NCBI GenBank assembly: GCA_903872185.1
Contig: CAIQJL010000086.1
Location: 4,989 to 68,988, forward strand
DNA length: 64,000 bases
Direction of reading: 5' to 3'
DNA from: an uncultured Bacteroidota bacterium
GTDB taxonomy: Bacteria > Bacteroidota > Bacteroidia > Bacteroidales > GWA2-32-17
The translations under genes were made by a program, and so were the position numbers. Positions 37,313-48,570 of the stretch are shown here, one piece after another. Below the pieces are notes generated by a model. That model did not search any database. It saw only the letters and a program-made list of their open reading frames with translations, and was not told the DNA's origin. Each line of letters opens with the position of its first letter. Position 1 is the first letter of the stretch.

Positions 37313-37320
37313 CAAATGTA
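37313..37320 (-). promoter_or_regulatory. -7 box TACATTTG upstream of the Rrf2 gene
   Basis: The plus strand reads caaatgta, 26 nt upstream of the ATG at 37287. Confidence 0.4.
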
Positions 37321-37458
37321 ATATATTATTTCTTGTTATAAAACATTAAATAAAAAATTAGACTTATAATTCTAAAATTTTCGTAAAACTTTTGATTCCT
37401 GAAATTATAATTTTTGTTCATTATTAATTTATCTCTCTTTTTATTTCAGGTGAATATA

Positions 37459-37466
37459 TACTTTTG
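37459..37466 (+). promoter_or_regulatory. -7 box TACTTTTG upstream of mntP
   Basis: The plus strand reads tacttttg, 15 nt upstream of the ATG at 37481. Confidence 0.4.
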
Positions 37467-37480
37467 CAAAAAAATAATTA

Positions 37481-38035
37481 ATGGATTACATCATAATTTT
37501 TCTTGTTGCTGTTGGTTTATGCTTCGACACTTTTGCTGTTTCAATTAGTAGTGGTATTGCAAAGCAGGAAATTATTTTTAAAGATGCTCTTAAAATTGCA
37601 TTAACTCTTGCCTTTTTTCAAAGTGCAATGCCGCTTGCTGGATGGAGCCTGGGCGAACAAGTTAAAATATACATTTCTGAATTTGACCATTGGATTGCCT
37701 TTACAATACTTTCAATTTTAGGTATTAAAATGATTTTAGAAAGCTTTAAAAACGAAAACGAAAAGGAATTTAATCCACTGAATCCATGGATTTTAATAAG
37801 CATGGCTATTGCAACCAGCCTTGATGCTTTAGCTGTTGGAATTAGTTTTTCTATGATTAGTATACCAATATTAATGTCTGTATTAATAATTGGCTTTGTA
37901 ACATTTTTAGCTTCTATGCTCGGTATTCTTTTCGGAAAAAAAACAGGGAAAAGCTTTGGGAAAAAGATTGAAATTGCTGGAGGAATAATTCTTTTAACAA
38001 TTGGCTTTAAAATTCTTATTGAACATATTGCTTAA
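37481..38035 (+). CDS. mntP: Manganese efflux pump MntP (DUF204 family)
   Basis: 184 aa, six TM helices. Duplicated motif CFDTFAVSISSG / SLDALAVGISFS is typical of MntP. Confidence 0.8.
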   Translation: MDYIIIFLVAVGLCFDTFAVSISSGIAKQEIIFKDALKIALTLAFFQSAMPLAGWSLGEQVKIYISEFDHWIAFTILSILGIKMILESFKNENEKEFNPLNPWILISMAIATSLDALAVGISFSMISIPILMSVLIIGFVTFLASMLGILFGKKTGKSFGKKIEIAGGIILLTIGFKILIEHIA

Positions 38036-38355
38036 TAATCGCTTATCTTTTTTTATATGTTTTACAACATGCTTTAATGTTATTTTTTCGCATTTTAAGC
38101 ATCAAAATCACTCTATTTTTTTAAGCTTTTTTAACTTATTCTCTTACACTTACAGCTTATTTCAAATTTGTTATTTTAAAATATTCTAAATACCAATTAC
38201 TCGTTTTGATAGCTCACATAAGCTTGTTATATAGCACAATACGGCCATTGATTAAATAACAGATATTTTGGCTTAATATTTTTTAAAAAATATCTATTTT
38301 CGCCAATTGAAATAAAGAATAATGAATTATTCCATTAACTTTTTACATTTCTACC

Positions 38356-38706
38356 ATGAATAGTGAATATTTAATACTGTTTTTCCTGCTGGGGGTCATA
38401 CTTGTAGGTGGAGCTATTTTGTTCTCCATGTTTACTGCCCCAACCTCAAAAAATTCGGCAAAAGCGGAACCATACGAATGCGGTATTCCGGTAAAATCTG
38501 ACGCCTGGATACAATTTAATGTTGGCTATTATTTATTTGCCATCATTTATTTAGTTTTTGATGTTGAAACTGTATTTATTTTCCCTTGGGGTGTAGTTAT
38601 GCGCGATATGGGAATAACAGCATTTATAGAGATATTAATATTCTTCTTTATACTTGTATTAGGACTTTTATATGCTTGGAAGAAAGGAGCTTTAAAATGG
38701 GTGTAA
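38356..38706 (+). CDS. nuoA: NADH-quinone oxidoreductase subunit A
   Basis: 116 aa, 3 TM, PYECG motif. First gene of the nuo operon. Confidence 0.9.
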   Translation: MNSEYLILFFLLGVILVGGAILFSMFTAPTSKNSAKAEPYECGIPVKSDAWIQFNVGYYLFAIIYLVFDVETVFIFPWGVVMRDMGITAFIEILIFFFILVLGLLYAWKKGALKWV

Positions 38707-39251
38707 AAATCAAATCAATGAAATATGAAGATTTCAAGGACAATGAAACCTTAGAGATCTTTAAAAAATCTGGTGGAAATATTTTAGTAACCAGTATCGA
38801 CAACATTATTAATTGGGGTAGAGCTAACTCTGTTTGGCCACTTACATTTGCTACAAGCTGTTGTGGTATTGAAATGATGGCTGCAGGTGCTGCCCGTCAT
38901 GATTTTTCACGATTTGGAATTGAAGTATACAGAGCCAGCCCACGTCAGGCTGATGTAATTGTGGTTGCCGGAACAATAGTTCACAAAATGGCACCTATTT
39001 TAAAAAGACTTTATGACCAGATGGGCGACCCAAAATATGTTATTGCAATGGGAGCATGCGCAGTTTCTGGCGGTCCATTTTTCTATAATTCATATTCGGT
39101 AGTTCGTGGTGTAGATCAAATAATACCTGTTGATGTTTATATTCCAGGTTGCCCACCTCGCCCCGAAGCGCTATTATACGGAGTAATGCAATTACAACGT
39201 AAAATTAAAACTGATAGCATTAAAAATAAACACATTGCTGAAGTTAAATAA
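38697..39251 (+). CDS. nuoB: NADH-quinone oxidoreductase subunit B
   Basis: I chose ATG 38697 (MGVKIKS...) rather than the track start 38586, which runs inside nuoA. Motifs [12 protein letters not shown] and GCPPRPE (N2 cluster ligands). Confidence 0.9.
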   Translation: MGVKIKSMKYEDFKDNETLEIFKKSGGNILVTSIDNIINWGRANSVWPLTFATSCCGIEMMAAGAARHDFSRFGIEVYRASPRQADVIVVAGTIVHKMAPILKRLYDQMGDPKYVIAMGACAVSGGPFFYNSYSVVRGVDQIIPVDVYIPGCPPRPEALLYGVMQLQRKIKTDSIKNKHIAEVK

Positions 39252-39263
39252 TCCGAATATTTT

Positions 39264-39722
39264 ATGACTAACGATCAATTAAAAGAAAAAATAAACGGAT
39301 GGATTTCAGGATTAGAATTTCCTGAAAACAAACAATATCTAGAAATAGTTGTTCCAGCTGAATCACTTCTTAAACTATCTCGACTTTTAAGAGAAACACC
39401 CGAAACATTATTCGATTATTTATTTTGCCTTTCAGGTGTGGATTATGGAAAACAATTAGGAGTTGTTTATCATCTAGAAAGTACTACTCACAACCACGCA
39501 TTGGTTCTAAAAGTTAAAACTGATGACCGAGTAAATCCAAATTTCGACACAGTTTGTGGACTTTGGAGAACAGCTGAATGGCATGAACGCGAAGTTTTTG
39601 ACTTATTAGGCATTAAATTTAACAACCATCCTGATATGCGTCGTTTATTCCTAGACGATGAATGGGTTGGTTATCCATTACGCAAAGATTATAAAGATGA
39701 CATTAACATCATCGAACGTTAA
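39264..39722 (+). CDS. nuoC: NADH-quinone oxidoreductase subunit C
   Basis: 152 aa. WRTAEWHEREVFDLLGIKFNNHPD is the NuoC signature. Confidence 0.9.
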   Translation: MTNDQLKEKINGWISGLEFPENKQYLEIVVPAESLLKLSRLLRETPETLFDYLFCLSGVDYGKQLGVVYHLESTTHNHALVLKVKTDDRVNPNFDTVCGLWRTAEWHEREVFDLLGIKFNNHPDMRRLFLDDEWVGYPLRKDYKDDINIIER

Positions 39723-39734
39723 TAGATTGAATAT

Positions 39735-40859
39735 ATGGAAGAAGTATTTCAAGATATAATAATAAAACATAGCGATGATTACATCATTAATATGGGTCCC
39801 CAGCATCCATCTACCCATGGTGTACTTCGTTTCGAACTTTGCCTTTTAGGTGAAACAGTAAAGTATATTATTCCACATTGCGGATACATTCACAGAGGTA
39901 TCGAAAAAATGTGTGAAAAAAACACTTATCAGCAAATAATTCATTTAACTGACAGATTTGATTATCTATCGGCACATATGAATAATGAAGCAGTTTGCTT
40001 AGCTGTAGAAAATGCTTTAGAAGTTGAAGTTCCTGAAAGAGTAAAATATATTAGAACTATACTTGCAGAATTAAACCGTATTGCATCGCACCAACTTTGG
40101 TGGTGTGCATTTGGAATGGATTTAGGCGCACTAACTACATTCTTTTATGGTTTAAGAGATCGTGAATATATTCTTGATATTTTCGAAGAATCATTTGGTT
40201 CACGTTTATTGCATAGCTTTAACTATCCTGGTGGATTAATGCATGATTTACATCCAAATTTTCAACAAAAAGTTAAAGATTTTATTAAATATTTCAGAAA
40301 AAAACTTCCAGAATACGATCAACTTTTAACAGGTAACATTATTTTCCAACAACGTTCAATCGGAATGGGTTATATGTCAAAAGAAGACGCTATTTCTTAT
40401 GGAGTAACAGGCCCTTCTGGACGTGGTTCTGGTTTTAAATGTGATGTAAGAAAACATCATCCTTATAGTGCATATTCAAAAGTTGACTTCAAAGAAATTC
40501 TTTATACAGAAGGTGATACTTTTGCACGTTACAAAGCAAGAATTGACGAAATGTGGGAATCAATGAATATTATTGAACAATTAATTGATAATATTCCTGC
40601 AGGTGATTATACTGCAAAAATGAAACCTATCATTAAACTTCCTGTTGGAGATTATTTCCAAAGAGTTGAAACTGCAAGAGGTGAATTAGGTTGTTACATT
40701 GTAAGTGATGGAAACAAAAATCCACTTAGAGTTAAATTCAGAACACCAAATTTCTCGAACCTTTTTATAATTAATAAAATTGCTTCCGGAAATAAAATAG
40801 CTGACTTGGTAGCAATCAGCGGATCATTAGACTTAGTAATTCCTGATATTGACAGATAA
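39735..40859 (+). CDS. nuoD: NADH-quinone oxidoreductase subunit D
   Basis: 374 aa. [14 protein letters not shown] and a C-terminal ...[10 protein letters not shown]. Confidence 0.9.
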   Translation: MEEVFQDIIIKHSDDYIINMGPQHPSTHGVLRFELCLLGETVKYIIPHCGYIHRGIEKMCEKNTYQQIIHLTDRFDYLSAHMNNEAVCLAVENALEVEVPERVKYIRTILAELNRIASHQLWWCAFGMDLGALTTFFYGLRDREYILDIFEESFGSRLLHSFNYPGGLMHDLHPNFQQKVKDFIKYFRKKLPEYDQLLTGNIIFQQRSIGMGYMSKEDAISYGVTGPSGRGSGFKCDVRKHHPYSAYSKVDFKEILYTEGDTFARYKARIDEMWESMNIIEQLIDNIPAGDYTAKMKPIIKLPVGDYFQRVETARGELGCYIVSDGNKNPLRVKFRTPNFSNLFIINKIASGNKIADLVAISGSLDLVIPDIDR

Positions 40860-40870
40860 TAATAATCAGT

Positions 40871-41962
40871 ATGGATTTAAATATATACGATTTTACATCA
40901 TTTACCAAATGGGTTGACACGGCGCTAAACAGTGTAATGTCACCAGGTTGGACAATGCTCGTTGAGCTTGTAATTGTAGGTATAGTTTTTATTGCCGCTT
41001 ATGCAGTAATAGGATTATATCTTGTATTAGCTGAAAGAAAAGTTTGTGCTATAATTCAAAACAGACAAGGACCAAATAGAGTTGGACCATTTGGACTATT
41101 TCAAACAATCGCCGATCTCTTTAAGCTTTTAGGTAAAGAACTTATTAGTATTAAAAATGCCGATCAGTTTCTGTTTAACCTTGCTCCATTTATTCTTATT
41201 ATTGCCTCTTTTATGGCAATAGCTGCATTACCTTTTGCAAAGGGATTACATGCAATTGATTTAAATATTGGTATCTTTTACATGTTTGCAGTGTCTTCGT
41301 TAGGAGTAATTGGAATTTTACTTGCAGGATGGTCAAGTAATAGTAAATACAGCTTAATTGGAGCTATCAGAAGTGGTGCACAGGTGGTCTCTTATGAATT
41401 ATCTGTTGGACTTGCTTTACTTTCGGTAGTTATTTTTTCAGGATCTATGCAATTAAGTACTATTGTTGAAAGCCAAGCTAATGGATGGTGGATTATTAAA
41501 GGACATATTCCCGCATTAATTGCATTTATTATATTCTTAATTGCCGGTACAGCAGAAACAAATCGTGGTCCTTTCGACTTAGCAGAAGCTGAATCAGAAT
41601 TAACAGCTGGTTTTCATACTGAGTATTCAGGTATTAAGTTCGCATTCTTTTTCTTAGCTGAATATATGAACATGTTTATTGTTGCAGCTATTGCATCAAC
41701 TGTTTTCCTTGGTGGTTGGATGCCTTTTCATTTGGGTGGTTTTGAAAGCTTAAATCATGTTATGGACTTCATTCCTCCAGTAATTTGGTTTTTTGGTAAA
41801 ACTGCTTTTGTTATTTTTATAATGATGTGGATTAAATGGACTTTCCCACGTTTAAGAATTGATCAACTACTTAAACTTGAATGGAAATATTTACTTCCAT
41901 TAAACTTAATGAATATTGTATTAATTGCCTTTATAGTCCTTATGGGATGGTATATAAAATAA
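40871..41962 (+). CDS. nuoH: NADH-quinone oxidoreductase subunit H
   Basis: 363 aa, polytopic. [24 protein letters not shown] and [17 protein letters not shown] motifs. It follows nuoD directly, so nuoE/F/G are absent. Confidence 0.9.
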   Translation: MDLNIYDFTSFTKWVDTALNSVMSPGWTMLVELVIVGIVFIAAYAVIGLYLVLAERKVCAIIQNRQGPNRVGPFGLFQTIADLFKLLGKELISIKNADQFLFNLAPFILIIASFMAIAALPFAKGLHAIDLNIGIFYMFAVSSLGVIGILLAGWSSNSKYSLIGAIRSGAQVVSYELSVGLALLSVVIFSGSMQLSTIVESQANGWWIIKGHIPALIAFIIFLIAGTAETNRGPFDLAEAESELTAGFHTEYSGIKFAFFFLAEYMNMFIVAAIASTVFLGGWMPFHLGGFESLNHVMDFIPPVIWFFGKTAFVIFIMMWIKWTFPRLRIDQLLKLEWKYLLPLNLMNIVLIAFIVLMGWYIK

Positions 41963-41971
41963 TTAGAAGGT

Positions 41972-42472
41972 ATGAATATATTTAAATATTTTGGGGAAGT
42001 TTTCGGCGCAATTAGATCGTTATGGGCTGGTATGCGTGTTACCGGATACTATTCCATACGTCCGGGTAAAGTAGTTACTCAACAATATCCCGAAAACAGA
42101 AAAAAACTAGTAATAGCTGATCGCTTTAAAGGCGAGGTTATTATGAAACATGACAGTAACAATCAACATACTTGTAATGGTTGCGGAATTTGTGAATTAA
42201 ATTGCCCTAACGGTTCAATAGAAATTATTTCTAATAAAATTACAAACGCTGAGGGTAAATCAGAAAGAATAATTGATAAACATATTTATCACTTGTCGAT
42301 GTGTACTTTTTGTAGTTTATGTATTAAAACCTGTCCTTCTAATTCTATTACTTGGGGACAAGATTTCGAACATGCAATGTTTGATAGAAATAAGCTAACC
42401 AAGGTACTAAATCAACCTGGTTCATCAATTAGAAAAGAAATTAAAGAAGTAAAAGAAACTAAAGAAGCTTAA
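41972..42472 (+). CDS. nuoI: NADH-quinone oxidoreductase subunit I (2x[4Fe-4S])
   Basis: 166 aa. CNGCGICELNCP and CTFCSLCIKTCP. Confidence 0.85.
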   Translation: MNIFKYFGEVFGAIRSLWAGMRVTGYYSIRPGKVVTQQYPENRKKLVIADRFKGEVIMKHDSNNQHTCNGCGICELNCPNGSIEIISNKITNAEGKSERIIDKHIYHLSMCTFCSLCIKTCPSNSITWGQDFEHAMFDRNKLTKVLNQPGSSIRKEIKEVKETKEA

Positions 42473-42474
42473 GC

Positions 42475-42981
42475 ATGGAACTCAATCAATTTATTTTTTT
42501 CCTACTCTCAGGCTTAATCCTGATTTTTTCTGTACTTGCAATTACTAGCAGAAAAATTTTGAGAGCAGCGGTATATCTACTTACAGTATTAGTAGCTACT
42601 TCCGGTTTATATTTTATGCTAAATTATGAATTTATGGCAGCAGTTCAATTAACACTTTATGCAGGTGGTATAGTTGTTCTAATTATTTTCTCGATTTTAT
42701 TAACCAGTCATATTAGTCATAAATTTGAACAACCTGCACTTGCAAATGTTTTTGCAGGAGCGTTAACCGGAATTTTAGGTTGTGGCGTTGCAATATGGTC
42801 GATTATTAAATTCCCATTTGTAGCTACTACTCAACCCGCTCTTGTAGTTGACATGAAAGTTGTTGGTACCCAACTTATGAATACCGGTAATTACGGTTAT
42901 GCTTTGCCATTTGAAGTTATAAGTGTTTTACTTTTAGCTGCAATGATAGCTGCTATTATAATTGCTAAAAAAGGAAATTAA
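42475..42981 (+). CDS. nuoJ: NADH-quinone oxidoreductase subunit J
   Basis: 168 aa, 5 TM, by operon position. Confidence 0.85.
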   Translation: MELNQFIFFLLSGLILIFSVLAITSRKILRAAVYLLTVLVATSGLYFMLNYEFMAAVQLTLYAGGIVVLIIFSILLTSHISHKFEQPALANVFAGALTGILGCGVAIWSIIKFPFVATTQPALVVDMKVVGTQLMNTGNYGYALPFEVISVLLLAAMIAAIIIAKKGN

Positions 42982-42993
42982 AAAAATATAACC

Positions 42994-43311
42994 ATGATAC
43001 AGGACATCCCTATTCAATATTTTTTAATTGTAAGCACCACAATGTTTTTTATTGGTGTTTGCGGTTTTATTATTAGACGTAATTTAATTACGATGCTTAT
43101 GGCTATTGAGTTAATTTTAAACTCAGTAAATATTAATTTTCTTGTATTTAATAAATTTTTGTTTCCGCATCAGCTTCAAGGGCATTTCTTTGCTTTAATA
43201 GTTGTAGCTATTGCTGCTGCCGAAGCTTCTGTTGCGATTGCATTATTTATTAATATATACAGAAGATTTACCAATATCGAAGTTGAAAATATTAGCGAAA
43301 TGAAGTACTAA
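42994..43311 (+). CDS. nuoK: NADH-quinone oxidoreductase subunit K
   Basis: 105 aa, 3 TM. LMAIELILNSVNINF and AAAEASVAIAL. Confidence 0.9.
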   Translation: MIQDIPIQYFLIVSTTMFFIGVCGFIIRRNLITMLMAIELILNSVNINFLVFNKFLFPHQLQGHFFALIVVAIAAAEASVAIALFINIYRRFTNIEVENISEMKY

Positions 43312-43330
43312 TAAATTGAAAATTTAAGAT

Positions 43331-45250
43331 ATGACTAATTACGCATATACTATTTGGATACCGTTAATTCCGGTTTTCATGTTCCTGTTTTTAGGACTTT
43401 TCGGAATGAAAATGAAAGGTTCATTAGCAGGTATACTTGGTACATTAGGCCTTTTAACAATAACTGTATTATCATACTTTACAGCTTATTTATATTTCTT
43501 TAAAACCGGCGAACCAGAAGGAGGTTTTCAAGCAATTACTGCTTTTAATACTGAATGGCTAGCATTTACAGATACTCTTAGAATTCATTTGGGAGTTTTA
43601 CTTGATCCAATTTCTGTAATGATGCTTGTAGTAATTACTACTGTTTCATTAATGGTTCATATATATAGTATTGGTTACATGAAAGGCGAACAAGGATTTC
43701 AACGCTTTTTTGCATTCCTTTCTTTATTTACATTTTCGATGTTAGGATTGGTTGTTGCAACCAATATTTTTCAGATGTATATATTCTGGGAATTAGTTGG
43801 AGTTTCTTCATTCCTTTTAATTGGATTTTATTATCAAAAACCATCGGCGGTTTCAGCTTCAAAAAAGGCTTTTATTGTAACTCGTTTTGCTGACTTTGGT
43901 TTCTTAGTTGGTATTTTAATAGTTTCTTACTTTACAGGAACATTTGATTTTGATAAGCTTACAAGTGGCGACGGGAATATTTTCCAAAGCATTAGCGCAG
44001 CTTCATTTATGGGAGTTAGTGCAATTACTTGGGCTTTACTTCTTATTTTTATGGGTGGAGCTGGTAAATCTGCTTTATTCCCATTCCACATTTGGTTACC
44101 TGATGCGATGGAAGGTCCAACTCCTGTTTCGGCATTGATTCATGCTGCTACTATGGTTGTTGCCGGTGTATACTTAGTTGCAAGAATGTTTGTAGTCTTC
44201 CATTTTCAAGCCCCAGGAGCGTTGGAAGTTGTTGGCTATGTCGGTGCATTTACTTCACTATTTGCAGCAGTTATTGCCTGTACGCAGTTTGATATAAAAC
44301 GAATATTGGCATTTTCTACACTTTCGCAAATTGGTTATATGATTCTGGCACTTGGAGTTTCAGAATATGGTGATGAAGCTGGTGTTGGTTACATGGCTGC
44401 AATGTTCCATTTGTTTACACATGCTATGTTTAAAGCTCTTCTATTCTTAGGCGCAGGATCAATAATTCATGCTGTTCATAATAACGATTTAAGAAACATG
44501 GGTAATTTAAGAAAGTATATGCCCATCACATTTATAACATTTGCTATTGCTTGGTTAGCAATTTGCGGAATTCCTCCTTTTGCAGGATTCTGGAGTAAAG
44601 ACGAAATTTTAGTTGCTGCTTTTGAAAAGAATAAACTTATTTTCTTCTCATCAGTTTTTGTAGCTGGACTGACTGCTTTCTATATGTCAAGATTATTTTT
44701 TAGTGTTTTCTTCGGAAAAAAACAACACTATCATCACGAACCGCACGAAAGCCCATTAGTAATGACTTTTCCGTTAATGTTTTTAGCATTAGCTTCAATA
44801 GTTGCTGGTTTTGTTCCATTCCACGATTTAATTACTTCTGATGGCAAATCTTTCGAGACACATTTAAATTATAGTATTGCAATTCCTTCAGTTGCGATAG
44901 CTTTGATAGGTATGTTTATTGCATTTTTACTATACTATAAAGAAAGTAAGGTGCCTGATAAAATTTCAAAATCACTCGGTATATTTTATACAGCAACTTT
45001 GAACAAATTTTATTTTGATGAAATTTATTTATTCGTAACTAAAAAAATCTTATTCAATTTGGTTTCTCAACCTGTTGCTTGGTTCGACAGACATGTAATT
45101 GATGGATTTATGAATAGTATTGCTTGGGCAATTCAAAAAACATCATTTAAAATGAGAGATTTACAATCCGGACAAGTTCAACAGTATGCATTTGTATTTG
45201 TTTCGGGTGCTATTATTCTAGTATTATGTTTTGCTTATTGGTTAAATTAA
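43331..45250 (+). CDS. nuoL: NADH-quinone oxidoreductase subunit L
   Basis: 639 aa antiporter-like subunit with a long C-terminal lateral-helix region. Confidence 0.9.
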   Translation: MTNYAYTIWIPLIPVFMFLFLGLFGMKMKGSLAGILGTLGLLTITVLSYFTAYLYFFKTGEPEGGFQAITAFNTEWLAFTDTLRIHLGVLLDPISVMMLVVITTVSLMVHIYSIGYMKGEQGFQRFFAFLSLFTFSMLGLVVATNIFQMYIFWELVGVSSFLLIGFYYQKPSAVSASKKAFIVTRFADFGFLVGILIVSYFTGTFDFDKLTSGDGNIFQSISAASFMGVSAITWALLLIFMGGAGKSALFPFHIWLPDAMEGPTPVSALIHAATMVVAGVYLVARMFVVFHFQAPGALEVVGYVGAFTSLFAAVIACTQFDIKRILAFSTLSQIGYMILALGVSEYGDEAGVGYMAAMFHLFTHAMFKALLFLGAGSIIHAVHNNDLRNMGNLRKYMPITFITFAIAWLAICGIPPFAGFWSKDEILVAAFEKNKLIFFSSVFVAGLTAFYMSRLFFSVFFGKKQHYHHEPHESPLVMTFPLMFLALASIVAGFVPFHDLITSDGKSFETHLNYSIAIPSVAIALIGMFIAFLLYYKESKVPDKISKSLGIFYTATLNKFYFDEIYLFVTKKILFNLVSQPVAWFDRHVIDGFMNSIAWAIQKTSFKMRDLQSGQVQQYAFVFVSGAIILVLCFAYWLN

Positions 45251-45268
45251 ACTGAAAATTAAAGAAAC

Positions 45269-46765
45269 ATGAATATTTTATCGCTATTCGTTTTAATTCC
45301 TGTTCTTACCATAATTGGTATTATTTTAAGCCGTTCGCATAATATGGTGCGTTGGGTTGCTTTAGCAGGAATGTTTGCACAATTAGTAACTGCAGTAGTT
45401 CTACTGTTTGCTTATTTTGCAGTTAGAAATGCTGGAAATACAGACGCTATGGTATTTTATCAGGATGTTGAGTGGTTTAAAACTCTTAATATTCATTATT
45501 GCATTGGCGTTGATGGTATTTCTGTAGCTATGATTATGCTTACTGGAATTGTTGTTATTACTGGAATACTTGCTTCATGGGAAGTTACATACCTACAAAA
45601 AGAATTCTTTATTTCTCTGATTTTGCTTGCTACTGGTGTATTTGGATTCTTTATTTCTATCGATTTATTTACAATGTTCTTATTCTACGAAGTAGCTGTA
45701 ATTCCAATGTACTTGTTAATTGGTATCTGGGGAACTGGTCCTAAAGAATACTCTGCAATGAAACTTACCCTTATGTTAATGGGAGGTTCTGCACTTTTAA
45801 TGGTAGGTTTATTAGGTTTATATTTTAACTCTTCATTAGATGGACATTATACCTTTAACCTTTTAGAAATTGCTAAAGTTCATATCCCAACTAATTTGCA
45901 AATGTTCTTCTTCCCATTCCTGTTCTTAGGATTTGGTGTATTAGGAGCGTTGTTCCCATTCCATACATGGTCACCAGACGGTCATGCTTCTGCGCCTACT
46001 GCTGTTTCAATGCTTCATGCTGGTGTACTTATGAAACTTGGAGGCTATGGTTGTTTTAGAGTTGCTATGTATTTATTACCAGAAGCTGCTCATGAGCTAG
46101 GCTGGATATTTATTATTTTAACAACAATATCTGTTGTATATGGTGCATTTGGTGCTATCTGGCAAAAAGATTTAAAATATATCAATGCTTATTCATCGGT
46201 TAGTCACTGCGGATTAGTAATCTGGGGATTATTAATGATGAACAAAACAGCAATGGACGGAGCAATTCTTCAAATGATCTCACACGGTTTAATGACAGCC
46301 CTCTTCTTTGCTTTAATTGGAATGATATACGGAAGAACACATACCAGAATGGTTGATAAAATGGGTGGTTTAATGAAAGTTATTCCATTCTTATCCGTAG
46401 TTTATGTTATTGCAGGTCTTGCATCTTTAGGTCTTCCTGGATTAAGCGGATTTGTTGCCGAAATGACAGTTTTTGTTGGAGCATTTCAAAATCCAGATTT
46501 ATTCCACCGAGTTGCAACAATAATAGTTGTATCGTCAATAGTAGTTACTGCTGTATATATTTTAAGAGTAGTGGGAATGTTGTTATTTGGTCCAATAAAA
46601 AATGACGAATACTTATCTCTTAAAGATGCCAAATGGTTCGAAAAACTTTCAGTTGGAACATTAGTAGTTGCAGTTGCAGGAGTTGGTATTGCACCACTTT
46701 GGTTATCTAATACTATTATGGATAGTTTAACTCCTATTGTAGAACGATTAAGCCAAGTTTGGTAA
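45269..46765 (+). CDS. nuoM: NADH-quinone oxidoreductase subunit M
   Basis: 498 aa antiporter-like subunit, by operon position. Confidence 0.9.
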   Translation: MNILSLFVLIPVLTIIGIILSRSHNMVRWVALAGMFAQLVTAVVLLFAYFAVRNAGNTDAMVFYQDVEWFKTLNIHYCIGVDGISVAMIMLTGIVVITGILASWEVTYLQKEFFISLILLATGVFGFFISIDLFTMFLFYEVAVIPMYLLIGIWGTGPKEYSAMKLTLMLMGGSALLMVGLLGLYFNSSLDGHYTFNLLEIAKVHIPTNLQMFFFPFLFLGFGVLGALFPFHTWSPDGHASAPTAVSMLHAGVLMKLGGYGCFRVAMYLLPEAAHELGWIFIILTTISVVYGAFGAIWQKDLKYINAYSSVSHCGLVIWGLLMMNKTAMDGAILQMISHGLMTALFFALIGMIYGRTHTRMVDKMGGLMKVIPFLSVVYVIAGLASLGLPGLSGFVAEMTVFVGAFQNPDLFHRVATIIVVSSIVVTAVYILRVVGMLLFGPIKNDEYLSLKDAKWFEKLSVGTLVVAVAGVGIAPLWLSNTIMDSLTPIVERLSQVW

Positions 46766-46792
46766 TTTATATAATTATATTTTCTGAACATT

Positions 46793-48226
46793 ATGATGAA
46801 TTTACAAGATTTCCTAACAATGCGACACGAATTACTGCTAATATTAGTTGCAGTAATAGTGCTTATAGGTGAGATTTTTATTTCTGATAAGTCTAAACAT
46901 GTCATTATTAATCTTACTATAATACTATTCTTATTACATACTATAGTTGGTTTTTTACCAATTCAAGAAGGAAAACTATTTGGTGGTATGTACCAAAACG
47001 ATTTATTCAGAGCTACTCTTAAAAACATTTTAAATATTGGAGTATTTATTATTTTACTTCAATCATCTGCATGGATTAGAAAAGAAGAAAATCACGGAAA
47101 AATCAGCGAATATTTTATTTTGTTATTAAGCACTTTAGTAGGTATGTACTTTATGATTTCGTCAGGCGATTTCTTAATGTTATACTTAGGATTAGAGTTA
47201 GCAACAATTCCAATTGCTGCATTAGCTGCATTTGACAGACATAAAAACAATTCAGCAGAAGCTGGTATTAAATTAATTCTTTCTTCAGCTTTATCATCTG
47301 GAATTTTATTATTCGGTATTTCTATGATTTACGGAACAACAGGTTCAGTTTATTTTACTGAAGTTGCTGCAAATTTCGGAAAAGAAAGTCTACAGATTTT
47401 AGGATTCATCTTCTTCGTTGCAGGTATGGGATTCAAAATTTCTTTGGTTCCCTTCCACTTATGGACAGCTGACGTTTACGAAGGTGCTCCAATAAATGTA
47501 ACTTCATATTTGTCTGTTATATCTAAAGGTGCTGCAGTATTTATTTTTACAATTGTTTTATACAAAGTATTTGGACAGATTGCTGAGATGTGGAATATAT
47601 TACTTTATGTTTTAGCTGTTTTAACAATGACAATAGGTAACCTTTTTGCCATTCGACAGAATAACATGAAAAGATTCCTTGCTTTCTCATCTATTGCACA
47701 GGCTGGTTTTATTCTTTTAGGAATTATGGGTTCAAATCAAGCTGGAGTTACTTCAGTTGTATATTTTATGTTAATATATATTCTAACCAATCTTGGAGCA
47801 TTTGGAGTTGTTTCAGCAATTTCTAACGCATCTGGCAAAGAAGATATGAGAGATTATAATGGTCTTTATAAAACCAATCCAAAATTAAGTTTATTAATGA
47901 CTCTTGCACTATTCTCATTAGCTGGTATTCCACCAGTAGCAGGTTTCTTTGGCAAATTCTTCTTGTTTACAAGCGTTGCAAGTTTAAATGATTACAAGTA
48001 TTATATCTTAGTTTTAATAGCTGTTTTAAATGCAACAATATCATTATTCTATTACTTAAGAGTAGTAAAAGCAATGTTTATTGACCCAAGCGATAATCCT
48101 ATTCCATACTTTAAAACTGATACTCATGCTAGAATTGGTTTATTAATTTGTGTATTTGGTGTTTTTCTAGTTGGATTTGTTGCCGCAATTTATGAAGCTA
48201 TATATAAATTTAGCTCATTAATTTAA
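46793..48226 (+). CDS. nuoN: NADH-quinone oxidoreductase subunit N
   Basis: 477 aa antiporter-like subunit, by operon position. Confidence 0.9.
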   Translation: MMNLQDFLTMRHELLLILVAVIVLIGEIFISDKSKHVIINLTIILFLLHTIVGFLPIQEGKLFGGMYQNDLFRATLKNILNIGVFIILLQSSAWIRKEENHGKISEYFILLLSTLVGMYFMISSGDFLMLYLGLELATIPIAALAAFDRHKNNSAEAGIKLILSSALSSGILLFGISMIYGTTGSVYFTEVAANFGKESLQILGFIFFVAGMGFKISLVPFHLWTADVYEGAPINVTSYLSVISKGAAVFIFTIVLYKVFGQIAEMWNILLYVLAVLTMTIGNLFAIRQNNMKRFLAFSSIAQAGFILLGIMGSNQAGVTSVVYFMLIYILTNLGAFGVVSAISNASGKEDMRDYNGLYKTNPKLSLLMTLALFSLAGIPPVAGFFGKFFLFTSVASLNDYKYYILVLIAVLNATISLFYYLRVVKAMFIDPSDNPIPYFKTDTHARIGLLICVFGVFLVGFVAAIYEAIYKFSSLI

Positions 48227-48258
48227 TCCTAATTCCTAAATCGAAAATCCTAAATCAA

Positions 48259-48549
48259 ATGCCAGCATTTAAAGCAAAACACGTAGTTGAAGATATCAAT
48301 GGCACAAGATGTAGTGTTGTTGAAACAGGTATAGATGAAAATCGTCTTCAATTTTTAACTAAGGTTTTAGAATACAATAAATATACAGTAGTAAGCGAGA
48401 AAACTGATGAAACCTATAAAATTGGTGTAACTGATATGCTTTTTAATAGCGTTATTGATGTTTATAAAAGAAAACTAAGAACATTAGACGGAAGAGTTCT
48501 ATTACACGAATACTGGTTTCAATTACCAGAAAAAGTAATTTTAGATTAA
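48259..48549 (+). CDS. Hypothetical 96-aa soluble protein co-oriented with and trailing nuoN
   Basis: The ORF starts 32 nt after the nuoN stop. The only strong terminator of the operon lies after it (48571-48607). No recognisable domain. Confidence 0.5.
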   Translation: MPAFKAKHVVEDINGTRCSVVETGIDENRLQFLTKVLEYNKYTVVSEKTDETYKIGVTDMLFNSVIDVYKRKLRTLDGRVLLHEYWFQLPEKVILD

Positions 48550-48570
48550 AACATTTTTGAAAATATATAA

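Noticed and set aside
37288-37480. Possible Mn-sensing yybP-ykoY riboswitch upstream of mntP
   Set aside because: The region is extremely AT-rich, has no GGGGAGUAG-like conserved core or paired helices that I can see, and the candidate -7 box is only 15 nt from the ATG. A covariance-model scan would settle it.
38036-38355. AT-rich palindromes (for example atattttttaaaaaatat) and a 62-aa ORF upstream of nuoA
   Set aside because: The palindromes are low-complexity A/T runs expected by chance in this composition. The ORF (38001..38189) overlaps the mntP end and has no coding features.
38586-38696. Upstream extension of nuoB given in the track (start 38586)
   Set aside because: The extension overlaps nuoA by 120 nt in another frame. 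ATG 38697 gives a normal NuoB N terminus and a 10-nt overlap typical of nuo operons.
46486-46905. 139-aa minus-strand ORF spanning the nuoM/nuoN junction
   Set aside because: It is antisense to two well-supported nuo genes and is a shadow ORF.
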